A DNA stretch of 56,414 nucleotides from Anaerolineae bacterium clx_CAG2 (GTDB taxonomy: Bacteria; Chloroflexota; Anaerolineae; JAAEKA01), in NCBI GenBank assembly GCA_014155705.1, contig JAAEKA010000039.1, positions 1 through 56,414 on the forward strand, given 5' to 3'. Shown here one piece after another: positions 37,394 to 44,953 of this stretch. Under the pieces are notes generated by a model that did no database searches, was not told where the DNA came from, and worked only from the letters and a program-made list of their open reading frames with translations. How positions within the stretch are numbered: the first letter of the stretch is position 1; each line of letters begins with the position of its first letter. The position numbers and the translations under genes are program-made.

Positions 37394-37486
37394 AGTTAGT
37401 GGTACACAAAGGAAAGAAGGGAAAGGAAGGAAACAAGGGCCGCTGGGGAGGGCGCTTCTGGCCTTGTCTACTCGTCTACCCATCTT

Positions 37487-38449
37487 CTACTCGAATAGTC
37501 CTAAACTCAAGTACTTCGCGCCGCCGTCGGGCAATAAGGTGACGACCACCCCGCTGTCCAGTCTGTTGGCGACTTGCAGCGCGCCATGGACGGCAGCGCC
37601 GGCGCTGAAGCCGACCAGCAGGCCAGCCTCGCGGGCCAGCCGGCGAGTCATCTCCCATGCGTCGCCAGCCTCGATGGGTAAGCTGCGATCGACCAGGGAC
37701 GGGTCGAAGATGCCGGGCACGAGGGAACTCTCCAGGTGCTTGAGGCCCTCGATGACCTGCAACTCATCGGCTGGCTGCAGGGCGACCAGTTGGATGGCAG
37801 GAGAAGTCTCCTTCAGTCGCCGGCCCACGCCCATGAAGGTGCCGGTGGTGCCCAGGCCGGCCACGAAGTGCGTGACGCGGCTGTTGGTCTGGCACAGAAT
37901 CTCGGGACCTGTCGTATCGTAGTGGGCGCGCCAATTGCTGTCGTTGTTGTACTGGTCAGGGTAGAAGTAGCCGCCAGGTTGGGCGGCCACGATCTCGCGT
38001 GCCAGACGGATAGCGCCGTCGCTGCCCTCAAGCGGATCGCTCTCGATGATCTGCGCGCCATAGGCTCGGGCCAACGCCTTGCGTTCCACCGTCACATTGG
38101 CCGGCATGACCAGATGCACGGCGTAGCCCTTGGCCGCGCCGATCAGCGCGTAGCCGATGCCCGTGTTGCCGCTGGTGGCGTCGATGATCGTCTGGCCGGG
38201 CGTCAACCGGCCGGTTTGCTCTGCATCCTCAATCATGCGCAGCGCGGCCCGATCCTTGACCGAGCCGCCGGGGTTGAACCACTCGGCCTTGGCGTACAGT
38301 TCAACGCCCGGCCGGTCCACCAGGAAGCTCAGGTCCAGCAATGGCGTGTTGCCAATCTGCTCCAGGATGGACGCCGGCCGGTAAGGCTGCTCTGGCGCCA
38401 CGGCCCAGACAATGTTTTCGCTGCGTGTCAATACAAGAGGTAAGGTCAT
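37487..38449 (-). CDS. cysM: Cysteine synthase B-like PLP enzyme (CysM-type, candidate thiocarboxylate-dependent)
   Basis: ATG 38447-38449 with GGAG about 10 nt upstream. [35 protein letters not shown]. Operon context with ThiF-rhodanese and MoaD-like genes. Confidence 0.65.
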   Translation of the reverse strand: MTLPLVLTRSENIVWAVAPEQPYRPASILEQIGNTPLLDLSFLVDRPGVELYAKAEWFNPGGSVKDRAALRMIEDAEQTGRLTPGQTIIDATSGNTGIGYALIGAAKGYAVHLVMPANVTVERKALARAYGAQIIESDPLEGSDGAIRLAREIVAAQPGGYFYPDQYNNDSNWRAHYDTTGPEILCQTNSRVTHFVAGLGTTGTFMGVGRRLKETSPAIQLVALQPADELQVIEGLKHLESSLVPGIFDPSLVDRSLPIEAGDAWEMTRRLAREAGLLVGFSAGAAVHGALQVANRLDSGVVVTLLPDGGAKYLSLGLFE

Positions 38450-38565
38450 AGTGCCATCTCCGTTGCTACCGGGGGACTGGGAGGACCTGGAGGAACTGCG
38501 AAGAACTTGCATCAAGATCTTCGTGAGTTTCCCTCAGCTTCCTCGTTCCCTTCATTTCCCTTCTG

Positions 38566-39762
38566 TCATTCCCTCGCCGGCATGCCGCAGAACTGCTCGT
38601 AGTCGATCAGCTCGGTGAGGCTTGGCGCGTCGCCGCAGACCGGGCAAGCCGGGTTGCGACGGATGTTGAGGGTGCGGAAGCTCATCTCCAGGGCGTCAAA
38701 GGTCAGCAGGCGGCCGATCAATGGCTCACCCTTGCCCAATATCAGCTTGATGGCCTCGACAGCCTGGATCGAGCCCACGATGCCCGGCAGCACGCCCAGC
38801 ACACCAGCCTCAGCGCAGCTTGGCACCTCGCCCGGCGGCGGCGGGTCGGGATAGAGGCAACGATAGCACGGCCCCTGGCTAATCCCCTCCTCCGGCGCGC
38901 CGGGGTGGTAGATCGTCACCTGGCCCTCGAACATGAAGATGCTGGCGTCCACCAGCGGCTTGCGCAGGAAGTGGCAGGCGTCATTGACAAGGTAGCGGGT
39001 CGGGAAGTTGTCGGAGCCGTTGAGCACGATATCGTAGTCCTGGATGATCTGCAAGGCGTTGGCGCTGGTGATCGGCTCGCGATGGGGCACGACGGTGACA
39101 TCAGGGTTGATCTCGGCGAGCCGGGCTTTGGCCGACTCGACCTTGGGCTTGCCGATCCAGCTTTCGCCGTGCAGGATCTGTCGCTGCAGGTTGCTCAAAT
39201 CAACGGTGTCGTAGTCCACGATGCCCAGCGTTCCTACACCGGCGGCGGCCAGGTAAAGCGCGGCGGGCGAACCCAGCCCGCCTGCGCCGATGAGCAGCAC
39301 CTTGGCGTCCAACAGCTTGCCTTGCCCTTCTTCACCCACGTCAGGCAGGAGCGTGTGGCGGCTATAGCGGATCTTCTGCTCGGCAGTCAGTTTACGCGGC
39401 ACGGTAACCGGCAGACCGGCGCTGCGCCAGCCGCCGAAGCCGCCGATCAGCGACTCCACACGGCTGTAGCCCATCTCCTGCAGGTTGCGCGCGGCCAGCG
39501 CCGAGCGCACACCGCCCGCGCAGTACAGCACGATGGGTGTGGCGGGGTCGTAGGCGTGTTGCTCGATGCGCAGCTCCAGAAAGCCGCGCGGGATGAAGAC
39601 CGCGCCCGGCACGTGGCCTTGCTCGAATTCGTCTCGCTCGCGGATGTCGATCACCAGCGGGCTGGATCCGTTGCCCAGGCGTTGCTCGAGCGCTTGCGGT
39701 GTGATTTCGATGATTTGGCTTTTGGCCAGGGCGATCAGTTGATCGCGGTTGATTCTTGTCAT
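38566..39762 (-). CDS. Rhodanese-ThiF/MoeB-type adenylyltransferase/sulfurtransferase (MoeZ-like, but rhodanese domain is N-terminal)
   Basis: N-terminal LVIDIRERDEFEQGHVPGAVFIP...VLYCAGGVRS (rhodanese active-site Cys). Then RYSRHTLLPDVGEEGQGKLLDAKVLLIGAGGLGSPAALYLAAAGVG (ThiF Rossmann fold), with CYRC and CPVCG zinc motifs. Confidence 0.75.
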   Translation of the reverse strand: MTRINRDQLIALAKSQIIEITPQALEQRLGNGSSPLVIDIRERDEFEQGHVPGAVFIPRGFLELRIEQHAYDPATPIVLYCAGGVRSALAARNLQEMGYSRVESLIGGFGGWRSAGLPVTVPRKLTAEQKIRYSRHTLLPDVGEEGQGKLLDAKVLLIGAGGLGSPAALYLAAAGVGTLGIVDYDTVDLSNLQRQILHGESWIGKPKVESAKARLAEINPDVTVVPHREPITSANALQIIQDYDIVLNGSDNFPTRYLVNDACHFLRKPLVDASIFMFEGQVTIYHPGAPEEGISQGPCYRCLYPDPPPPGEVPSCAEAGVLGVLPGIVGSIQAVEAIKLILGKGEPLIGRLLTFDALEMSFRTLNIRRNPACPVCGDAPSLTELIDYEQFCGMPARE

Positions 39763-39788
39763 GGTTGGTGTGCTCCGATATCTCTCGC

Positions 39789-39832
39789 AACCCGTAACCC
39801 GGAGACTCTTGCCGCAATTCCGGTTACGGGTT
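39789..39832 (-). promoter_or_regulatory. Intercistronic hairpin between the MoaD-like and ThiF-like genes
   Basis: aacccgtaacccgg (39789-39802) pairs with ccggttacgggtt (39820-39832): 13 bp with one bulge and a 17-nt loop, inside a 75-nt spacer. Confidence 0.4.
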
Positions 39833-39837
39833 ACGGA

Positions 39838-40113
39838 TCACGCTCCGCCCGCCATAGCCGGCACAATCGACACCCTGTCACCGGCCGCCAGCGGCGTGTC
39901 CGCGCCCTGCAGCGTGCGGATCTCGTCCTCATTGACGAAGACGTTGATAAAGCGCTTGATCTTACCGTCAGCGTCCAGCAGGCGCTCGCCGATGCCGGGA
40001 TAGCCGGCCTCCAGGTTGTGCAGCAGCACATCGACGGTATCGCCGGCTACCTCGACTTTGGCTTGATTGGCGGTCAGGCGGCGCAGAGGCGTCGGAATCA
40101 GTACAGTTGGCAT
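39838..40113 (-). CDS. MoaD/ThiS/CysO-family sulfur-carrier protein ending in Gly-Gly-Ala
   Basis: ATG 40111-40113 after AGAAAGGA. 91 aa: MPTVLIPTPLRRLTANQAKVEVAGDTV...GDRVSIVPAMAGGA-stop (beta-grasp carrier pattern with one residue after GG). Confidence 0.7.
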   Translation of the reverse strand: MPTVLIPTPLRRLTANQAKVEVAGDTVDVLLHNLEAGYPGIGERLLDADGKIKRFINVFVNEDEIRTLQGADTPLAAGDRVSIVPAMAGGA

Positions 40114-40217
40114 GAAACGGGTCCTTTCTTGGAACTCAAACTTCGGAGGCAGCCAGTTCAAGCGAATACCGGGTCGGCTACGGCGGCTTCCAGAATTTCG
40201 GGCGATTGGGTTGGCCG

Positions 40218-40260
40218 CAAACAAAAAAGCCCATCCACGGTTCTTGAACCGTGCGATGAG
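40218..40260 (-). terminator. Rho-independent terminator/attenuator upstream of the sulfur-carrier operon
   Basis: Minus strand reads CTCATCGCACGGTTCAAGAACCGTGGATGGGC followed by TTTTTTGTTTG. The GC-rich stem has about 14 bp with one bulge. Confidence 0.6.
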
Positions 40261-40500
40261 CTATCGCGCTAACGCTTCACAAGTTGGACGCACAACCTGC
40301 TGAGCATGTTGACGCCAAACTACTATGAAGTTATCGATCGAAGGATCGCTTTCTGCTGCCTCACCGCACGCGTGTCGACGGGCGAGAGCCGCTGGCACGC
40401 ATGGCCAGCGCTCCCGCTAACGACAGGAGCAAGTGAATTGGGCAGTGCAGAGAAGCGATGCAATCATGTTACCGGTGTTTATTTGATCCTATTGACGAAC
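40261..40500 (-). promoter_or_regulatory. Structured roughly 270-nt leader (or sRNA) containing a 16-codon Cys-containing uORF (40417..40467)
   Basis: Lies between the candidate promoter (40509-40537) and the terminator (40218-40260). Strong hairpin GCGGGAGCGCTGGC-CATGCGT-GCCAGCGGCTCTCGC. uORF ATG ATT GCA TCG CTT CTC TGC ACT GCC CAA TTC ACT TGC TCC TGT CGT TAG encodes MIASLLCTAQFTCSCR. No Shine-Dalgarno sequence is seen. Confidence 0.35.
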
Positions 40501-40508
40501 TTGTCCTG

Positions 40509-40537
40509 AGTGTATCCAAGAATGCGCGGCCTGTCAA
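40509..40537 (-). promoter_or_regulatory. Candidate promoter (TTGACA-17-TACACT) for the leader / cysO-like operon
   Basis: Minus-strand TTGACA (40532-40537), 17-nt spacer, TACACT (40509-14). The -10 element overlaps a GTCCTGAGTG REP-like motif, so the match could be fortuitous. Confidence 0.35.
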
Positions 40538-40606
40538 GTAAGTGTGCATCCCGTCGCTCCTGAGCGGGACATATCGGCTGGCACGACCCTGCAGTTCGTC
40601 GGGCCT

Positions 40607-40635
40607 TTGGCAAGAGAGCCTGCGCCAGGTATAAT
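40607..40635 (+). promoter_or_regulatory. Sigma70-like promoter (TTGGCA-17-TATAAT) for the carboxylase operon
   Basis: TTGGCA 40607-40612, 17-nt spacer, TATAAT 40630-40635, about 75 nt upstream of ATG 40711. Confidence 0.55.
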
Positions 40636-40710
40636 CCATGACTGGATTGTTCATCCGTAACCTGGCCTCATCTGCCACCCGGAACCAGGCCTGAACCGAC
40701 CGAAACCCTC

Positions 40711-42225
40711 ATGTTCAACAAAATCCTGATCGCCAACCGCGGCGAGGTCGCCGTTCGCATCATTCGAGCCTGCCAGGAACTGGGCATCCGCACCGTAGCG
40801 GTTTACTCCGACGCAGACGCCGATGCGCTGCACACCATGCTGGCCGACGAGTCGGTGCGCATCGGCCCGCCGCCGCCCAGCCAAAGCTACCTGTGCGGCG
40901 ACTGTATCCTGGAGGTCGCGCGACGGCTGGGCTGCGACGCGCTCCACCCCGGCTATGGCTTCCTCTCAGAGAACGCAGGCTTCGCTGAGAGCGTGCTGGG
41001 GGCCGGGCTGGCGTGGATCGGCCCCAGCCCTGCGGCCATGCGCACCATGGGGTCGAAGACATCCGCCCGCGCGACCATGCAGGCGGCTGGCGTCCCCATC
41101 GTGCCCGGCTACCAGGAGAGCCAGGACGACGCCGACCTGCTGGTTGCGGCCGGGCGCATTGGCTTTCCCGTCCTGGTCAAGGCCACGGCCGGCGGCGGCG
41201 GCAAGGGCATGCGCATTGTCGATGCCCCGGCCGAGCTGCCGGCCGCGCTCCAATCAGCCCGCCGCGAGGCCCGGAACGCTTTCGGCGACGCCCGCATCTA
41301 CCTGGAGAAGCTGATCCGCAGCCCGCGCCACATCGAGTTCCAGGTCTTCGGCGACGCCCACGGCAACGCCATCCACCTCTTCGAGCGCGAGTGCTCCATC
41401 CAGCGCCGCCATCAGAAGATCGTGGAGGAAACGCCGTCGCCCCTGCTGGACGCCGACTTGCGCCGGCGCATGGGCGAGGCTGCGCTGGCAGCCGTGCGCG
41501 CCGTGGGCTACGTCAACGCCGGCACGCTGGAGTTCCTGGTCGACCCGGCCGACCGCAGCTTCTACTTCCTGGAGATGAACACCCGCCTGCAGGTCGAGCA
41601 CCCCATCACTGAACAGGTGACGGGCGTCGATCTGGTCAAGCTGCAGATTCAGGTCGCGGCCGGCCAACCGATCCCCTTCACACAGGCGCAGGTGGGCCAG
41701 CGCCGCCACGCCATCGAGTGCCGCATCTATGCCGAAGACCCGGCCAACGGCTTCATGCCCAGCGTGGGCAAGGTGTTGCGGGCCGTAGAGCCGGTGGGGC
41801 CGGGCGTGCGCGTCGACGCAGGCGTGACCACCGGCGACGAGGTGACGGTCCACTACGACCCGATGATTGCTAAGCTGATCGTGCTGGGCGAGGACAGGGC
41901 CGACGCCATGCGCAAGATGGACTGGGCGCTGAGCCATTACGTGTTGCTGGGCCTGGTTACCAACATCTCCTTCCTGCGTGCGGTGATCAACCACGAAGTT
42001 TTCCGCCGCGGCGAGGCCGCCACCGATTTCGTGGATCGCTTTTTCGCCGATTGGCTGCCGCCCGCGAACGAGCCGCCCGACCTGGTGTTGGCGGCGGCGG
42101 CGTTGTCGGAGCTGCTGGAGGGCGCGGCTGTGGGCGCTACCCCGGTGGCTGTCGGCGGCAAGGCGCAGGGCGACCCGTATAGCCCGTGGCAGCATTTAGG
42201 CGGGTATCGTGTCGGTCAGGACTGA
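40711..42225 (+). CDS. accC: Biotin carboxylase subunit (acetyl-/acyl-CoA carboxylase)
   Basis: MFNKILIANRGEVAVRIIRACQELGIRTVAVYSDAD..., ATP-grasp region GFPVLVKATAGGGGKGMR, EMNTRLQVEHPITE. Confidence 0.9.
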   Translation: MFNKILIANRGEVAVRIIRACQELGIRTVAVYSDADADALHTMLADESVRIGPPPPSQSYLCGDCILEVARRLGCDALHPGYGFLSENAGFAESVLGAGLAWIGPSPAAMRTMGSKTSARATMQAAGVPIVPGYQESQDDADLLVAAGRIGFPVLVKATAGGGGKGMRIVDAPAELPAALQSARREARNAFGDARIYLEKLIRSPRHIEFQVFGDAHGNAIHLFERECSIQRRHQKIVEETPSPLLDADLRRRMGEAALAAVRAVGYVNAGTLEFLVDPADRSFYFLEMNTRLQVEHPITEQVTGVDLVKLQIQVAAGQPIPFTQAQVGQRRHAIECRIYAEDPANGFMPSVGKVLRAVEPVGPGVRVDAGVTTGDEVTVHYDPMIAKLIVLGEDRADAMRKMDWALSHYVLLGLVTNISFLRAVINHEVFRRGEAATDFVDRFFADWLPPANEPPDLVLAAAALSELLEGAAVGATPVAVGGKAQGDPYSPWQHLGGYRVGQD

Positions 42226-42268
42226 CAGTGCTGACTACCCGGCACGACGACCAGCACTGTCAGTCCTG
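42217..42268. repeat. Perfect 17-bp inverted repeat spanning the accC stop codon
   Basis: caggactgacagtgctg (42217-42233) and cagcactgtcagtcctg (42252-42268) with an 18-nt loop. Stop TGA 42223-42225 lies in the left arm. GGAG and ATG 42280 follow. Confidence 0.85.
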
Positions 42269-42279
42269 CGGAGCGGACG

Positions 42280-42795
42280 ATGAAGACCGAATTCACCTAT
42301 CAAATCGGCGACGAGACCAGAACCGTCACGGTCGAGCGCGAGGGCGATTGTTTCCAGGTGACGGTGGGCGACAACGCCTACCAGATCCGCGCCCAGCGGC
42401 CGGAGCATGGCCGGCTCAACTTGCAGGTGGGCGACCGGCGGCTGCGCGCCTACGTGGCCCACGATGGGCTGCGCCGCTATGTGGCCATGGCTGGCCAGAC
42501 GTGGACCCTGGAGCGACCCCAACCTCAACAGAAACGCCGCCGCGTAGGCGCGGGCGGGCCGGGCGCGGGCAGCCTGGAGGCGGCCATGCCCGGTCTGGTG
42601 CTGGATGTGCTGGTGGCCGAGGGCGACGAGGTGCAGCAAGGCCAGCCGTTGGTGCTGCTCTCGGCTATGAAGATGGAACTGCGCATCGCCGCGCCGGCCG
42701 CGGGACGTGTGACAAAAGTCCATTGTCAGGCCGGGCAAGTAGTGGAGCGGGGGCAGGTGTTGGTGGAGATTGCTCGAAAGGAAGATGGGATCTGA
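42280..42795 (+). CDS. Biotin/lipoyl-attachment (BCCP-like) protein, resembles the C-terminal BT+BCCP part of fused acyl-CoA carboxylase alpha subunits
   Basis: C-terminal EAAMPGLVLDVLVAEGDEVQQGQPLVLLSAMKMELRIAAPAAGRV carries the AMKM biotinylation motif. Confidence 0.8.
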   Translation: MKTEFTYQIGDETRTVTVEREGDCFQVTVGDNAYQIRAQRPEHGRLNLQVGDRRLRAYVAHDGLRRYVAMAGQTWTLERPQPQQKRRRVGAGGPGAGSLEAAMPGLVLDVLVAEGDEVQQGQPLVLLSAMKMELRIAAPAAGRVTKVHCQAGQVVERGQVLVEIARKEDGI

Positions 42796-42868
42796 AAGGA
42801 ACCGGAGGATCCAGAAGAACTCCTGCGAAATCGAAGGACCTCGCGCGTCATGCTGAACATCCGTGCGT

Positions 42869-42981
42869 GTCGTCCTGAGTGCTTTGTAAGGATGGTCTTT
42901 GTGAGCGTCATCCTGAGGCTCGGCGAAGGATCCGCGGCTGGCACACTGGGGATGCTTCGGCGGCCCTCAGCATGACACGAC
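42869..42981. repeat. Cluster of three REP-like hairpin elements (GTC(A/G)TCCTGAG...GAAGGAT type), one inverted
   Basis: gtcgtcctgagtgctttgtaaggatgg (42869-42895), cgtcatcctgaggctcggcgaaggatcc (42906-42933), and inverted ggggatgcttcggcggccctcagcatgacacgac (42948-42981). Related copies occur at 55047-55080 and, partially, at 40503-40530. Confidence 0.7.
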
Positions 42982-43070
42982 ACAAACTTCAGACTTACAG
43001 GGCACTGAGCAGGTCTGGCACACGATTTCCGCCGCCGCGAGAAACGAGCGCAAGCACCCCCTATCCGAAC

Positions 43071-44372
43071 TCAAGATGGGGCAGCCTCGGCCGTCAGGCT
43101 GCGCTCATACTCGGCGCGCTCCTGCATCTCGCCGCGCAAGGTGGCGATGTCCCTGGGCACCAGGAAGATGACCGCGATGTAGATCACGCCGCAGATCAGC
43201 CAGGCCGTAGTGTTGATGCCCAGAATCGCCGTGCCCAGCGATGTGCGGTCGGCGATGAAGCCGGCCAGCAGGGGCGCCATGGCCGCGCCGGCCGATTCGA
43301 TCAGGTACTGGATGGAGATAGCTGTGCTGCGCACCTCGGGTAGGGTCACATCCGAGACGATGGAGACCACATTCGGCGAGGAGAAGGGAATGAAGAAGGC
43401 GGTGGCGGCCAACAAAATCAGGAATAGCGTCTGGTTCTCTGCTGGCACGCTCAGAGTCAGCGCCATCAGCACCGCGCCGGTCAGCACACCGATGGTGGAG
43501 ACGATAGCCCGGCCGCTGGGCGTGCGCTTGAAGAGCGCATCACCCAGCGCGCCGCCCACAGGATAGCCCAGGGCCAGCACGAGCACAGCCGCAGCCATGG
43601 TGACGAGCAGCGCCGTGCCCTCGTAGCCCCGTTCCTTCTCCAGGTAGGTGAAGAACCAAAAGGAGATCACGTTCCAGGGGAAGACGCCAAAGAAGCCTTG
43701 CAGGAAGAGCAGGCGTAGGGTGCGCTTCTTGAACAGCCCGCGCGCCACCGGCCAGCTAAAGCGGTAGGTGGTGCTCATCTCCACGCCGGCCAGCTCCGGC
43801 TCGCTGCCGCCGCGCTTGGGCTCCTTGACGCCAAAGAAGATCACCACGGCCAGCAGCACGCCCAGCGTGCCGGTGATGTAGAACACTGCCCGCCAGCCGA
43901 TGGTATCCCGCAGCGCCAGGGCCAGGATCATGCCGGTCAGAAAACCCAACGGCATGGAAAGTTGCAAGAGGCCATAGACCCGGCCGCGCTTGTTGGGGCT
44001 GAAATAGTCGGCGATCAGGCTATAGATGCCAGGGTAGCTGGAATCGTCGATGCCGGTGCTGGCGCGGGTGACCAGGAAGGCGCGGTAGGTGGGGGCGATG
44101 GCGTTGAGCCAGGTAGTGGCGCCCCACAGCAGCGAGGCCAACGCCAGCAGCTTGGCACGCGCAAAGCGATCATAGAGGTAGCCCCAGAGCGGATAGAACA
44201 GCGCGCCCACGATCAACGCCCCCGTGCTGACCGCGCCCATCTGCGTCATGCTGATGCCAAACGTGGCCATGATGTTGGGCGTCAACGTGCCGATCAGCAG
44301 CTTGTCCGACTGATGCAGCAGCATGAAGAAGAAGAACGTGCCGACGACGAACCAACGATAGCGGGATTTCAT
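43071..44372 (-). CDS. MFS transporter
   Basis: 433 aa with about 12 TM segments. MFS motifs GYLYDRFARAKLL and SPNKRGRVYGLLQ. Confidence 0.8.
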   Translation of the reverse strand: MKSRYRWFVVGTFFFFMLLHQSDKLLIGTLTPNIMATFGISMTQMGAVSTGALIVGALFYPLWGYLYDRFARAKLLALASLLWGATTWLNAIAPTYRAFLVTRASTGIDDSSYPGIYSLIADYFSPNKRGRVYGLLQLSMPLGFLTGMILALALRDTIGWRAVFYITGTLGVLLAVVIFFGVKEPKRGGSEPELAGVEMSTTYRFSWPVARGLFKKRTLRLLFLQGFFGVFPWNVISFWFFTYLEKERGYEGTALLVTMAAAVLVLALGYPVGGALGDALFKRTPSGRAIVSTIGVLTGAVLMALTLSVPAENQTLFLILLAATAFFIPFSSPNVVSIVSDVTLPEVRSTAISIQYLIESAGAAMAPLLAGFIADRTSLGTAILGINTTAWLICGVIYIAVIFLVPRDIATLRGEMQERAEYERSLTAEAAPS

Positions 44373-44418
44373 GCGTCACCTCGTTCGAATGCTCTGGCCG
44401 GTTCCGTGAACCGGCGGA

Positions 44419-44825
44419 TCATAGCACCTGGCAGATGCTCAGGTACTCGTCGCCGTCGCCACCGGGAGACAGCGCGCAGCAGGCCGCGTACGGGCTGAAG
44501 GGGTCGCGCTGTTTAGCCTGTCGGTCAGCGGCTTGGCGGTCGGCACGTAGACCAGCAGCCCCTCCAGCGGCACGTCGGCCTGGCCCGGCACATGCAAGAC
44601 CGCCAAGGCCGCGGTGCGGCTCTTGATGCTGCTCTCGCTGGCGTCCACTGCCACGCAGTGCTCGCTGGCTAGTTCCAGGCACAGGTCACGGTAGCGCCGG
44701 TCTGGATCGTAGACCACCAGGACGCCGGTCTGACGCAGGCGGGGGAGGAGCATGTCCTGTTGGATGAATGCTTTGATGCTCATCGTTTCCGGATTCAGGT
44801 GATAGAGAATGTCATCTGGGTGCAT
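44419..44825 (-). pseudogene. Frameshifted, truncated N-terminal stub resembling BREX PglZ (TIGR02687-like N-terminus)
   Basis: Frame 1 (44439..44825) reads ...GVLVVYDPDRRYRDLCLELASEHCVAVDASESSIKSRTAALAVL...LLVYVPTAKPLTD and then turns to junk. A second frame (44419..44682) continues QAKQRDPFSPYAACCALSPGGDGDEYLSICQVL-stop. The family assignment is from memory of the PglZ N-terminal pattern only. Confidence 0.35.
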
Positions 44826-44953
44826 TCAAAATGGGTTGGTGTAGGGGACGGGGGTGCCCCCGCCCCTACGGTGCATCTCAACCAGTCTTGAACACACCTA
44901 TGTCATTTGGCTTCGCCATTCAGGTTCGCCCGATTCGGGGGTTTGTCCTCCAA

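Noticed and set aside
40225-40440. tmRNA- or tRNA-like features: GCT AAC GAC at about 40416-40424 (plus strand) and GGTTCAAGAACC at about 40237-40248.
   Set aside because: The putative tag frames end in non-canonical peptides (ANDRSK). There is no CCA-proximal acceptor/T-arm geometry, since the loop closes as a simple 7-8 bp hairpin. The hairpin is followed by a T-run, so it is better explained as an intrinsic terminator.
40306-40678. Track ORFs 40306..40509(+) and 40469..40678(-) in the accC / cysO divergent region.
   Set aside because: They have no RBS and no motifs. They overlap the predicted promoters and the structured leader, and are better explained as regulatory RNA/DNA.
16611-42195. 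Long antisense ORFs: 16611..17876(-), 29006..30397(-), 31090..32001(-), 38905..40272(+), 41254..42195(-).
   Set aside because: Each lies fully inside a gene on the other strand that has clear family motifs (Wzz-kinase, DUF4012, radical SAM, ThiF/rhodanese, biotin carboxylase). Their translations are Arg/Gly/Ala/Gln-rich with no motifs.
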